DNA of 30,976 nucleotides from an uncultured delta proteobacterium (lineage in GTDB: Bacteria; Desulfobacterota; RBG-13-43-22). The stretch lies in contig CAWJJC010000016.1 of assembly GCA_963843145.1 (NCBI GenBank), positions 1-30,976 of the forward strand, read 5' to 3'. The position numbers and the translations under genes were made by a program. Below, piece by piece: positions 1-8,987 of this stretch (positions are counted from its first letter, which is position 1; every line of letters starts with the position of its first letter). The notes under the pieces were generated by a model. The model searched no databases. It was given only the letters and a program-made list of their open reading frames with translations, and was not told where the DNA came from.

Positions 1-2512
1 TACAGCGTCATCCAGGGCGGGTATGCCGATGGCACGAACATCATCACGGATAATCCCAATCTTGGCGCGCTCGGCAATTATGGCGGCTTCACCCAGACCA
101 TCCCGCTCCTGGCGGGTTCATCGGCCATCAACACGGGGAACAATGATTTCTGTCCGGCCACCGATGAGCGCGGCGTCACCCGTCCACAACCTGCCGGTGG
201 CAAGTGCGACATCGGCGCCTTTGAATACACAGGCATTGACTATGTCAGTGTGCGCTACGCCAAACCAGCCGCAAGCGGCGATTGCTCGAGTTGGGCGAAT
301 GCCTGCACCTTGCAAACCGCGCTGACCGGTGCGACCAACGGCGACGAGATCTGGGTCGCGGCCGGGACGTACAAGCCGACACGGTGGAAACAGACCGCAT
401 CGCCACTTTCCAACTCATAGACGGAGTGGCGCTTTACGGCGGATTCGCCGGGACGGAGACGGCGCGCGACCAGCGAAACCCCTCGGCCAACGTCACCATC
501 CTGAGCGGCGACATTGACAATAACGACAGCCAGACGCCGATCATTACCGACCTCACTACCGTGGCCGGTAATACCACCAACAGTTATCACGTTGTCACCG
601 ATGCAGACCGGCGCGACTCTGGATGGTTTCACCGTCACCGCGGGCAATGCCAATGGCGCTTCTCCAGAACAATCATGGCGGCGGGATGTACAATTCTCTC
701 CAGTGGTCCGACATTGACGAACGTCACCTTCAGCGGCAACTCGGCAATAACCGGCGGCGGGATGTTCAACGATTGCAGCAGCCCGACGTTGACGAACGTC
801 ACCTTCAGCAGCAACTCGGCTGCCTGGCAGGGGCGGGATGTACAACAATACGTCCATCAGTACGACATTGACGAATGTCACCTTCACCAACAACTCGTCG
901 TCGGATTACGCCGGCGGGATGTTCAACTGGGACAGCAGTACGATCTTGACGAACGTCACCTTCAGCGGAATACGGCGACAAACTACGGCGGCGGGATGGC
1001 CAACCGGACAGCAGCCCGACGTTGACGAATGTCACCTTCAGCGGCAACTCGGCGAACTACGGCGGCGGGTTATGGAACGTAACCGATTGTCACCCGACCA
1101 CACGCAATACGGTTTTCTGGGGCAATACGGCTACCTATGGAGCGCAGATTTACAATTGGGTGGCGGTTCTTCCACCACAGTAAGCGATAGTGTTGTCGAG
1201 GACGGATGCCTGAGGCAGATACTGCACGAACATCATCACCACTGATCCCCTGCTCGGCACGCTCGGCAATTATGGCGGCTTCACCCAGACCATCCCGCTC
1301 CTGGCGGGTTCATCGGCCATCAACACGGGGAACGATGCTGTCTGTCCGGCCACCGACCAGCGTGGTGTCATTCGTCCGCAAGGCTCACATGCGACATCGG
1401 CGCATTTGAATACAAAAGCATTTACTATGTAAAACCAACCGCAAGCGGAACTGGCGATTGCTCCAGTTGGGCGAATGCCTGCACCTTGCAAACCGCGCTG
1501 ACCGGTGCGACCAACGGCGACGAGATCTGGGTCGCGGCCGGGACGTACAAGCCGACCACGGGGACAGACCGCACCGCCACTTTCCAACTCATAGACGGCG
1601 TGGCCCTCTACGGCGGATTCGCCGGGACGGAAACGGCGCGCAACCAGCGCAACCCCTCGGCCAACGTCACCATCCTGAGCGGCGACATTGACGATAGCGA
1701 CAGCCAGACGCCGATCATTACCAACCTCACTACCGTGATCAACAATGACACCAACAGTTATCACGTTGTCACCGGCGCACACCGACGCGACCCTGGATGG
1801 CTTCACCATCACAGCGGGCAATGCCAATGGCGACTCGGCGCATCCCAGCACAAGTTGCGGCGGCGGGATGTACAACTTTTCCAGCAGTCCGACGTTGACG
1901 AACGTCACCTTCAGCGGCAACTCGGCAACTCACGACGGCGGCGGGATGTTCAACTATTCCAGCAGTCCGACGTTGACGAACGTCACCTTTAGCGGCAACT
2001 CAGGTACCGAGGGCGGCGGGATGAGCAACTTTTCCGGCAGTCCGACCTTGACGAACGTCACCTTCAGCGGTAACTCGTACGGGCTACATAGGGCGGCGGG
2101 ATGTACAACTCGATTCTCGGCAGTCCGACGTTGACGAACGTCACCTTCAGCGGCAACTCGGCGATCTACGGCGGCGGGATGTTCAACGAAATCGGCGGGG
2201 GCCCGCAGATCCGCAACACGATTTTCTGGGGCAATACGAATGGGCAGATTTACAACAACGACGGCGGTATTTCCAGCGTGAGCGACAGCGTCATACAGGA
2301 CGGGTATGCCGGTGGCACGAACATCATCCCGGATAATCCCAATCTTGGCGCGCTCGGCAATTATGGCGGCTTCACTCAGACCATCCCGCTCCTGGCGGGT
2401 TCCTCGGCCATTGACACGGGGAACGATGGTGTCTGCCCGGACACCGACCAGCGCGGCGTCTCCCGTCCGCAGCCCGTCGGCGGCAAGTGCGACATCGGCG
2501 CGTATGAATATC
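1..2512 (+). repeat. About 1.1-1.2 kb tandem modules (beta-helix + anchor-Q-like domain): one partial and two full copies
   Basis: Near-identical DNA at 277-600 vs 1453-1780, and at ~40-230, ~1250-1410 and ~2325-2510. Confidence 0.9.
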
Positions 2513-4024
2513 TAGTAGACGCCACCGCGCCCATTGTCACTTCCATTACTCGCCTCAATCCCAACCCTACCAAACTCGCCAGCGTGGATTTCACGGTCAC
2601 GTTCTCCGAAGCCGTCAACGGCGTGGATACGAGCGACTTCGCTTTGTCTGTAAGCGGCGTCTCCGGCGCGGCCGTAAGCGGATCCAGCGGCTCGGGCAGT
2701 GTCTACACGGTAACCGTGAACACCGGCTCGGGCAACGGCACGATCCGACTGGATGTGTCCGCTGGTGCAACCGTCACCGACTTAGCTGGGAACCCGCTGA
2801 CGGGCCTTCCCTACTCAAGTGGCGAGAACTACGTGGTTGACAAAACCGCGCCCACGGTGGCGATGACTTCGCTCGCGTCCGATCCGACCAACGCTTCACC
2901 CATTGCAGTCAGCGTGACCTTCAGCGAAAGCGTCACCGGCTTTACTTCAGACGACATTGCTGCCGGTAACGGCGCGGTCAGCAACTTCGCGGGTAGCGGC
3001 GCAAGTTACACCTTTGATCTCACGCCTGCCGGGCAGGGATTGGTCACTGCCAATATTGCCGCGCGTCGCCCGTTCGGCTGGCAACGGTAACACGATCCCG
3101 CCCAACTAGCCGCACTTACGACACACCGCGCACGTGGCGATGACTTCAGCTCGCGCCATCGACCACGCTTCACGCCATCGTAGCGTGACCTTAGCGAAAG
3201 CGTCACCGGCTTTACTCCAACGACAGCTGCCGGTAACGGCGCGGTCAGCAACTGGTAGCGGCGCGTACACCTTGACAGCCGCGGGCAGGGATGGCACCCA
3301 ATATTGCCGGCGTGGCAACCGATTCGGCTGGCAACGGTAACACGTCGCCGCCCAACTCAGCCGCATTTACGACACGACCGCGCCCACGGTGGCGATGACT
3401 TCGCTCGCGTCCGATCCGACCAACGCTTCACCCATTGCAGTCAGCGTGACCTTCAGCGAAAGCGTCACCGGCTTTACTTCAGGCGACATCACTGCCGGTA
3501 ACGGCGCGGTGAGCAACTTCGCGGGTAGCGGCGCAAGTTACACCTTTGATCTCACGCCTGCCGGGCAGGGATTGGTCACTGCCAATATTGCCGCGGGCGT
3601 GGCAACCGATTCGGCTGGCAACGGTAACACGATCGCTGCCCAACTCAGCCGCACTTACGACACGACCGCGCCCACGGTTTTATCCAGCCTGCGCGTCAAC
3701 CCCAATCCCACGAATCTCGCCAGCGTGGATTTCACGGTCACCTTCTCTGAATCCGTGACAGGCGTGGCTACCGGCGATTTCGCCCTGGCCAAAACCGGCA
3801 CCATCAGCGGCGAATCTGTCACGGGCGTCAGTGGCGGCCCGACAATCTACACCGTGACTGTCAACAGGGGCAGCGGAAACGGCACCTTCCGCCTGGATAT
3901 GCCCTCCAGCGCAACCATCTCCGATCAGGCCGGGAACCCGCTGGCTGGCCTGCCATACACAAGCGGCGAGACCTACACGGTGGAGGAAAGCTACTGGATC
4001 TACCTGCCGCAGATTAGGCGTTAG
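1..4024 (+). CDS. Large repetitive surface/extracellular protein (5' end outside window; multiply frameshifted): parallel beta-helix repeats, choice-of-anchor-Q-like domains, tandem bacterial Ig-like domains
   Basis: Stitching frames gives recurring [16 protein letters not shown] repeats, three [22 protein letters not shown](D/N)TGN..CP.TD.RGV.RPQ..CDIGA(F/Y)E blocks, D.TAP.V..V.FSE.V.G Ig-like units and a C-terminus [13 protein letters not shown] (TAG 4022-4024). Split over ORFs 282-1025, 838-1245, 1486-1992, 1745-2134, 2101-3090 and 3389-4024. Confidence 0.85.
1857..2185 (+). repeat. About 69-75 bp intragenic tandem repeats encoding beta-helix coils (similar array at ~680-1070)
   Basis: Repeated ccgacgttgacgaacgtcaccttcagcggcaactcg...ggcggcgggatg units. 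Confidence 0.9.
2845..3665 (+). repeat. Three tandem ~250-290 bp Ig-like domain repeats; middle copy heavily degraded
   Basis: accgcgcccacggtggcgatgacttcgctcgcgtccgatccgacc starts at ~2845 and ~3377; the copy at ~3126-3376 follows the same sequence with many small deletions. Confidence 0.9.
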
Positions 4025-4093
4025 CCACTGATAGAAGCAGATGCCGGGGCATGATTGCAGATTGCCCCGGCATCCAAATCCCAGCTTCGGGAT

Positions 4094-4886
4094 TCACATC
4101 AATCCCCGATAATAGCCCCCGTCCACTTGAATCGTGGCCCCAGTGATATAGCCGGCCCGCTCCGAGGCCAGAAAGACCACCAGGTCCGCCAAGTTCTTCC
4201 GGCTTCCCCAGACGCCCCATCGGTATCTCCGCCTCCCAGCCTTTGATGACCGCTTCGGGGGTGGTCTGCTGCCGTTGGGCTATCACTTCGGATAGTTCAC
4301 GAACCCGTTCGGTCAGCGTGTATCCCGGGCAGACGTTATTGATCAAAACATTGTCCGGCGCGTAGATTGTGGCTAGGGTCTTGGCCAGTCCCACCAATCC
4401 GGTCCGCAGGGCATTGGAAAGAATCAACCCCAGGATCGGCTGTTTTACGGCCACGGAGGTCAGGTTGATGATCCGTCCGAACTTTCGGGCCTGCATGACC
4501 GGGATCGCCGCCTTCATCAAAGTCGCGGCACTCATCAGGGTCAACTGGAAGGCCTCCTGCCAGTGATCCTCGCTGATCTCCATAAAAGGCAGGGAAGGCG
4601 GTCCTCCGGCGTTGTTAACCAAGATATCCACCTGCCCGTAATGCTCATAGGCCTCCCGGAAAAAACGACGAGCCTCTTCGGAAGAAGACAAATCCACCGC
4701 CAGAGAGATGACTTCCGTCCCGGCCTCCCTGCGGATCTCCTCGGCCGCCTGCTGAATATTTTCCAGATTACGGGAACAGATCGCCAACCGAACCCCCTCC
4801 CGGGCCAACCCCAGGGCCACGGCTTTCCCCAAGCCCTTACTGGCCCCGCACACCAGGGCTACCCGATCCTTAAGACCTAAATCCAT
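4094..4886 (-). CDS. SDR family NAD(P)-dependent oxidoreductase (FabG-like), one +1 frameshift near the 3' end
   Basis: GASKGLG Rossmann motif, VNNAG, NNVCPG. Removing one base near 4192 restores the canonical SDR end [34 protein letters not shown] (TGA at 4094-4096), 263 aa. SD AAGGAGG upstream. Confidence 0.9.
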
Positions 4887-4957
4887 GTCAGGGCCTCCTT
4901 ATTATATTGAAAATACCATGATATCCAGAGGATTACATAAAATGGCGACGAATACTC

Positions 4958-4999
4958 TGTCAACAGATTTATTGACATTTAGAATGATTTAAGTAGGAT
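4958..4999. promoter_or_regulatory. Back-to-back TTGACA boxes, candidate divergent sigma70 promoters
   Basis: TGTCAA 4958-4963 (minus-strand -35) and TTGACA 4972-4977 with TAGGAT at 4994-4999 (16-bp spacer); the minus-strand -10 is weak. Confidence 0.45.
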
Positions 5000-5081
5000 A
5001 TGATAGATGGGACCGAACCCATCTTGATCTAGAGAAGCAGTCTGATAGGAGTGTTGTGCTGGCGACTATTTGGGGGTTGCT

Positions 5082-5741
5082 GTGAGAAAGGCGGTTGACG
5101 GGACGAATGGGAATCATGAGATTAATGGGAAAGCGTCTCCCCAGAATTCCCAGACCTCCCATGATTCTCACTCTTTGATTTTACCCCCTCGGGGCGACTA
5201 CCAAACCCTTCTTTCTTATCAGAAATCCGAGGTGGTCTATCAAATAACCTACCGGTTCTGTGAGCGCTTCCTCAGAAAGAGTGACCGCACGGTCGATCAG
5301 ATGGTACAGGCCGCCCGCTCCGGCAAACAAAATATCGTTGAGGGGAGCAAGGCTGCGACCACATCCAAAGAGATGGAGATCAAGCTGACGAATGTGGCGC
5401 GGGCCAGTCTGGAAGAGTTGCTGGAGGATTACCGGGATTACCTGCGAGTGCGTGATTTGTCCATCTGGGACAAAGATAACAGCAAAGCCAAATACGTCCG
5501 CAAGCTGGGGATGACTTCGCCCCTGACATTCGAGGTATTTCGAGAGTTCACCGAGACCCGCCCCGCCGAGATTTTGGCCAATATTGCGATATGTCTGATT
5601 CACCAGGCTAATTATTTGCTGGATCAGCAGCTAAAGGCGCTGGAAAAGAATTTTCTAAAAGACGGTGGTCTGCGCGAGCGGATGACCCGCGCCCGTTTGC
5701 GGGCAAGAGATCAACAGCGGAAGGGACGGGTAAAGGACTAA
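5082..5741 (+). CDS. Four helix bundle protein with suffix domain (23S rRNA IVP/Avd-like superfamily)
   Basis: GDYQTLLSYQKSEVVY..DRTVDQMVQAARSGKQNIVEGS..EIKLTNVARASLEELLEDYRDYL and C-terminal GGLRERMTRARL are characteristic. Start uncertain (TTG 5070 or GTG 5082). Confidence 0.85.
   Translation: MRKAVDGTNGNHEINGKASPQNSQTSHDSHSLILPPRGDYQTLLSYQKSEVVYQITYRFCERFLRKSDRTVDQMVQAARSGKQNIVEGSKAATTSKEMEIKLTNVARASLEELLEDYRDYLRVRDLSIWDKDNSKAKYVRKLGMTSPLTFEVFREFTETRPAEILANIAICLIHQANYLLDQQLKALEKNFLKDGGLRERMTRARLRARDQQRKGRVKD
5100..5170. repeat. Inverted arrays of degenerate 9-mers in the 5' end of the four-helix-bundle gene
   Basis: GGGACGAAT GGGAATCAT GAGATTAAT GGGA (5100-5130) opposed by TCCCAG/TCCCAT-type units; TGGGAATCATGAGA (5108-5121) pairs with TCCCATGATTCTCA (5157-5170), with two non-Watson-Crick positions. 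Confidence 0.65.
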
Positions 5742-5763
5742 CGGTTGAACGCCACGGTTAGGC
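5736..5763 (+). mobile_element. Collapsed attC-like site
   Basis: GACTAAC (contains the upstream gene's TAA) ... GTTAGGC; R''/R' boxes only 28 bp end to end, L boxes missing. Confidence 0.55.
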
Positions 5764-6308
5764 TGCCAACCATTCAACTATCGCTACCTCAATTGATTGC
5801 ATCCATCCTCTATAGGTCTGGAGGTTCTTGGGAGAATTTGGGCAAGTTTTGTTATGGGTGGGGGGGGGAATATTTTACACAAAAGTCAAAGTAATAACGA
5901 AGCCATTTTCTATAAATCTCTCGCAGGTTGGCGGGAACAGCATTATTTTGCAAATAATGCTCGAATTGGTCCCGTACCGCGGGAGGGATAGCCAGCATTA
6001 AGAATCCTCCGGTTTCTGTATATCTATCTATTTGACATGATATAGATCATGTCCATTTATGAAACAAAAATAATTTATCAATAAAATATTTATATTTTAT
6101 GGTTGGTTACCAAGAATCTGAGGGGGTTGCAAACCAAATAGTCAACAAAGATAGGCCAATAGTATTTGTTCCCCTCCCCCAAAAAAACCAATTGGGGGGA
6201 GGTTACAAAGAAAACTTTAGAATAACTTGATGGGCCGCCCGTCGTCTCCCCAACCCCCAGGCTGCGGAGCGCCTCCGTCAAAAAGTTTTTAGGCCTGCGG
6301 GTCCCCGG

Positions 6309-6367
6309 CCCATCAAACGGATGGAGCAGACGCGCCAACGTCGCGCTCCTCATCCTGGGGGTTATGA
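6309..6367 (+). mobile_element. Degenerate attC site
   Basis: caaacGGATGGAGCagacGCGCcaacgtcGCGCtccTCATCCtggggGTTATGA: imperfect palindrome with L-box-like GGATGGAG/CTCATCC and R'-like GTTATGA, followed by SD and ATG; R'' damaged. Confidence 0.65.
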
Positions 6368-6388
6368 TTAAACTGAAAGGAAGCGATA

Positions 6389-6914
6389 ATGCTCGTGTCC
6401 AAATCCAAAGTTTATGAATTGGCTCTCTCCTCTATCAAAGAACAATACGTCAGTGACTTTCTGCACAAGTACCTCCCAAGTGTCTCCCCCAATTCTCACT
6501 GAATATGGTGGCAGGTTCTTGATAAACGGGATTATTCAAAACTCGATTGCCGGAAAGTTTCCCGCAAAGAGCTTTGCCATTCTGGAATGGCCTTCAATCG
6601 AGCAGTTTATCAGAATCAATGAAGATGAGAGAGTAATCCCTTTGCTTCGAAGGCGGAATCAATACCTGGATTTCATCGCTGAAGGCTGTTTCTACAGAGT
6701 TTTGGAAGACACTGACTTTGAGTTCCCAAGAAACAAGACGATGAACCTCCTCTTAACCGATAGGGCTATTCCTGACGACCGGAACACCCGATTTCAATGG
6801 ATAGACGACGTCAAGAACTCGAAGCTCTCACTGAACGTGTATTTCTATGGTGATGGGGCAAGTCGATATGACGAAGACCGAGACGTTGAGGAGTTGTCAG
6901 TTCAAGTTTTGTAA
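6389..6914 (+). CDS. DUF1330-like protein, cassette-type gene with one frameshift
   Basis: SD AAAGGAAG then ATG 6389 (MLVSKSKVYELALSSIKEQYVSDFLHKYLPSVSP); an extra C in the C5 run at 6486-6490 shifts into ILTEYGGRFLING..AILEWPSIEQF, which resembles DUF1330. Confidence 0.65.
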
Positions 6915-6920
6915 ACCCAG

Positions 6921-6965
6921 CCATAACCCGCCGTTGCACCGGATCGCTTACGCTCCAGGGAAGCA
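6921..6965 (+). mobile_element. attC left part (right end decayed)
   Basis: CCATAACccgccgttgcaccggatcgcttacgctcc begins 6 nt after the stop; its CATAAC is the reverse complement of GTTATG at 6361-6366, as expected for one cassette. Confidence 0.7.
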
Positions 6966-7057
6966 AGTTTCTAATATTCTGTTACTAGATGTAATCTCGA
7001 CCTATCCACCATTTTGACCTGGGGCCTAGGAACCAAATCAATCTGACGACCCTCTAT

Positions 7058-7084
7058 GCCGCCAGCTGATGACTATCGTTGACC
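7058..7084 (+). mobile_element. attC right-half remnant preceding vapBC
   Basis: gccgccagctgatgactatcGTTGACC; GTTGAC nearly matches the reverse complement of GCCAAC at 7746-7751 at the far end of vapC. Confidence 0.45.
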
Positions 7085-7129
7085 TTGACATACATTGAAT
7101 TGTGTGCTAGATTGTGTAAAACTTTGTGT
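7085..7129 (+). promoter_or_regulatory. sigma70 promoter of vapBC with overlapping direct repeats
   Basis: TTGACA 7085-7090, 17-bp spacer, TGn-TAGATT 7108-7113; TTGTGT at 7100, 7112 and 7124. Confidence 0.8.
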
Positions 7130-7145
7130 TGATAGGAGGGCGAAA

Positions 7146-7343
7146 ATGGCAACTAATCTAGCTATCGACCAGAAATTACTAGAAAAAGCATTGGAAGTCA
7201 GTGGCTTTAAAACCAAGAAGGAAACTGTTAATTTGGCTTTACAGGAATTCATAAACAGACATAAACAGTTAGAAATACTTAATCTTTTTGGCAAAATGGA
7301 TCCAGACCCCAAATATGATTATAAAAAAGGAAGAGCCCGGTGA
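7146..7343 (+). CDS. vapB: Type II toxin-antitoxin VapB-family antitoxin
   Basis: SD AGGAGG then MATNLAIDQKLLEKALEVSGFKTKKETVNLALQEFI..YDYKKGR; GTGA overlap with the PIN gene. Confidence 0.9.
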   Translation: MATNLAIDQKLLEKALEVSGFKTKKETVNLALQEFINRHKQLEILNLFGKMDPDPKYDYKKGRAR

Positions 7344-7762
7344 AAGTTCTCGTCGATACTCCTATCTGGTCTTATGCTTTACGGACTCGACAAACAGAAT
7401 ATTCATATGAAATAGATCAGCTTGAATCTCTCATCAAGGATCAAAGAGCTCTGATCATTGGACCAATTCGTCAAGAAATCCTTTCCGGTTATAGTGACTT
7501 TAAGAAATTTGGAGAATTGAAAGAAAAACTATCTTTTTTTGAAAATTCCCTTATTCAAGACTCTGATTATGAATCTGCAGCCGAAATGTGTAATCAATGC
7601 AGAAAAAAAGGAATTCAAGGCTCTCACATTGACTTCCTCATATGTGCAGTTGCAAACAGATTGGATGTCCCCATTTTCACCACAGATAAGGACTTTTTCC
7701 AGTACAGGAAGGTTCTTTCGATAAAACTATTTGAGCTGCAACCAAGCCAACGACAAATGTGA
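7340..7762 (+). CDS. vapC: PIN-domain toxin VapC
   Basis: VLVDT, QEILSG, IDFLICAVA, IFTTDKDF acidic PIN motifs. Confidence 0.92.
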   Translation: MKVLVDTPIWSYALRTRQTEYSYEIDQLESLIKDQRALIIGPIRQEILSGYSDFKKFGELKEKLSFFENSLIQDSDYESAAEMCNQCRKKGIQGSHIDFLICAVANRLDVPIFTTDKDFFQYRKVLSIKLFELQPSQRQM

Positions 7763-7779
7763 ATTTGTGGCGAACGCTC

Positions 7780-7976
7780 TCTGGAATGGAAAATGGAGGC
7801 TGCAAGGAACTGGAAACTTCAAAACATGGTTTCCGCTGGATTTTAGCCGCCCCAAACGGGACCGGATATTCCTGGCTACGCTAAAGGACCAACGGGTTAC
7901 TATCGGATTCACTGTTGAAGATGGGGACCGAGTGGAGCTGCTCCTAAGAGACAAGAATCTGATTAGATCAGGATAA
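7780..7976 (+). pseudogene. 3' remnant of a hypothetical cassette gene
   Basis: Protein-like GKWRLQGTGNFKTWFPLDFSRPKRDRIFLATL..IGFTVED with no credible start; its stop lies in an attC-like GGATAAC. Confidence 0.45.
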
Positions 7977-7996
7977 CCACCAAGCTATCGTTACCG
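7971..7996 (+). mobile_element. Collapsed attC-like site
   Basis: GGATAAC (contains TAA) caccaagctatc GTTACCG, then SD and the methyltransferase start. Confidence 0.45.
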
Positions 7997-8020
7997 CGAA
8001 GGATAAGGAAACCATCGAAA

Positions 8021-8593
8021 ATGGCATCTACCAAGACGCACGTCTGTCCCTGGTGGTTGATTTACACCTTTGATAACCCCCTGCGGCGGTTGGTCCAGAA
8101 GCCGGAGCGGATTCTCCAGGATATCGTTCGTCCGGGGGACGCCTGCCTGGACCTGGGATGCGGGATCGGCTTTTTCACGATTCCCCTGGCCCGAATCGTC
8201 GGACCTTCCGGGTCCGTTACGGCCGCGGACTTGCAGCCGGAGATGCTCTCCGGTGTCAAACGTCGCGCGGAGAAAGCCGGATTGTTGTCCCGGATCCGTT
8301 TCCATCAGGTAGAACTTTCAGGTTTGTCTTTTGATGCGGAATTTGACCTGGCCCTGGCGTTCTGGATGGTGCACGAAGTGCCGGATCAGGAATCGCTGCT
8401 TCAACAGATCTGCCGGGCGCTCAAGCCCGGCGGACGATTCCTGCTGGCGGAGCCTAAAGGACACGTCAGGCAAGCCGCCTTCGATCGGACCGTGGATATC
8501 GCCGAGAAAACCGGACTCACGAAAGTCAAACCTCTCGACGTTATCTTTAGCCACGCTGTCCTCCTGATCAACAGGAGTGGGTCGGTTGCCTAA
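8021..8593 (+). CDS. Class I SAM-dependent methyltransferase
   Basis: CLDLGCGIG motif I, ADLQPEML, FDLALAFWMVHEV, LKPGGRFL; N-terminal HVCPWW. Confidence 0.9.
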   Translation: MASTKTHVCPWWLIYTFDNPLRRLVQKPERILQDIVRPGDACLDLGCGIGFFTIPLARIVGPSGSVTAADLQPEMLSGVKRRAEKAGLLSRIRFHQVELSGLSFDAEFDLALAFWMVHEVPDQESLLQQICRALKPGGRFLLAEPKGHVRQAAFDRTVDIAEKTGLTKVKPLDVIFSHAVLLINRSGSVA

Positions 8594-8607
8594 CCCTGCG
8601 CTCAACA
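8588..8607 (+). mobile_element. attC left-end remnant
   Basis: GCCTAACcctgcgctcaac: RYYYAAC box containing the methyltransferase TAA, followed by a typical attC spacer/L'' start, then running directly into coding sequence. Confidence 0.65.
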
Positions 8608-8627
8608 GCAGACTCAGGCAACGAACC

Positions 8628-8987
8628 GTGGCGGTCGTCGCAGCAGTGTTCGGCCTCGCAACAATCGTGGCGGGCGGCCGTGTCCTCACGGGCTGGTCAG
8701 ACCCGGGATACGTCGTCTATCGACCTCTGCTGATCTACAACTCGGCCATGGGCGTGGCGTATTTCGCGGCGGGCGTGGTCATCTGGCGCAGCCTCCACTG
8801 GGGCAAGTACGCAGCGGCAACAATCTTTGTTCTCAATCTCGTCGTGCTAGGGGCCATCGTCTTTCTGTACGCGGCGGGGGGCTCAGTCGCGATCGACAGC
8901 CTGAAGGCGATGACCTTCCGGACCGCCATGTGGCTTGCACTGTTTGTGGGTTTGGTGTTGAAGATTCCCTTTCATCCCCCATTTTGA
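8628..8987 (+). CDS. Hypothetical membrane protein (~4 TM), probably truncated at both ends
   Basis: Four hydrophobic segments; the longer ORF start (8577) overlaps the attC remnant and the 3' end overlaps the convergent ABC gene. Confidence 0.6.
   Translation: MAVVAAVFGLATIVAGGRVLTGWSDPGYVVYRPLLIYNSAMGVAYFAAGVVIWRSLHWGKYAAATIFVLNLVVLGAIVFLYAAGGSVAIDSLKAMTFRTAMWLALFVGLVLKIPFHPPF

Noticed and set aside
680-2185. About 70-bp periodic repeats resembling a CRISPR array
   Set aside because: They are in-frame protein repeats with related intervening segments; no cas genes or leader.
3060-3376. Divergent repeat copy plus a nearby Avd-like gene suggesting a diversity-generating retroelement
   Set aside because: Differences are mostly small deletions, not adenine-specific substitutions, and there is no reverse transcriptase in the window; a poorly polished repeat is more likely.
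4014-4093. Extended SDR C-terminus given in the ORF track
   Set aside because: Artefact of the frameshift near 4192; the canonical end stops at 4094.
5857-5870. Long G run as a phase-variation tract
   Set aside because: Not inside a credible gene or promoter spacer.
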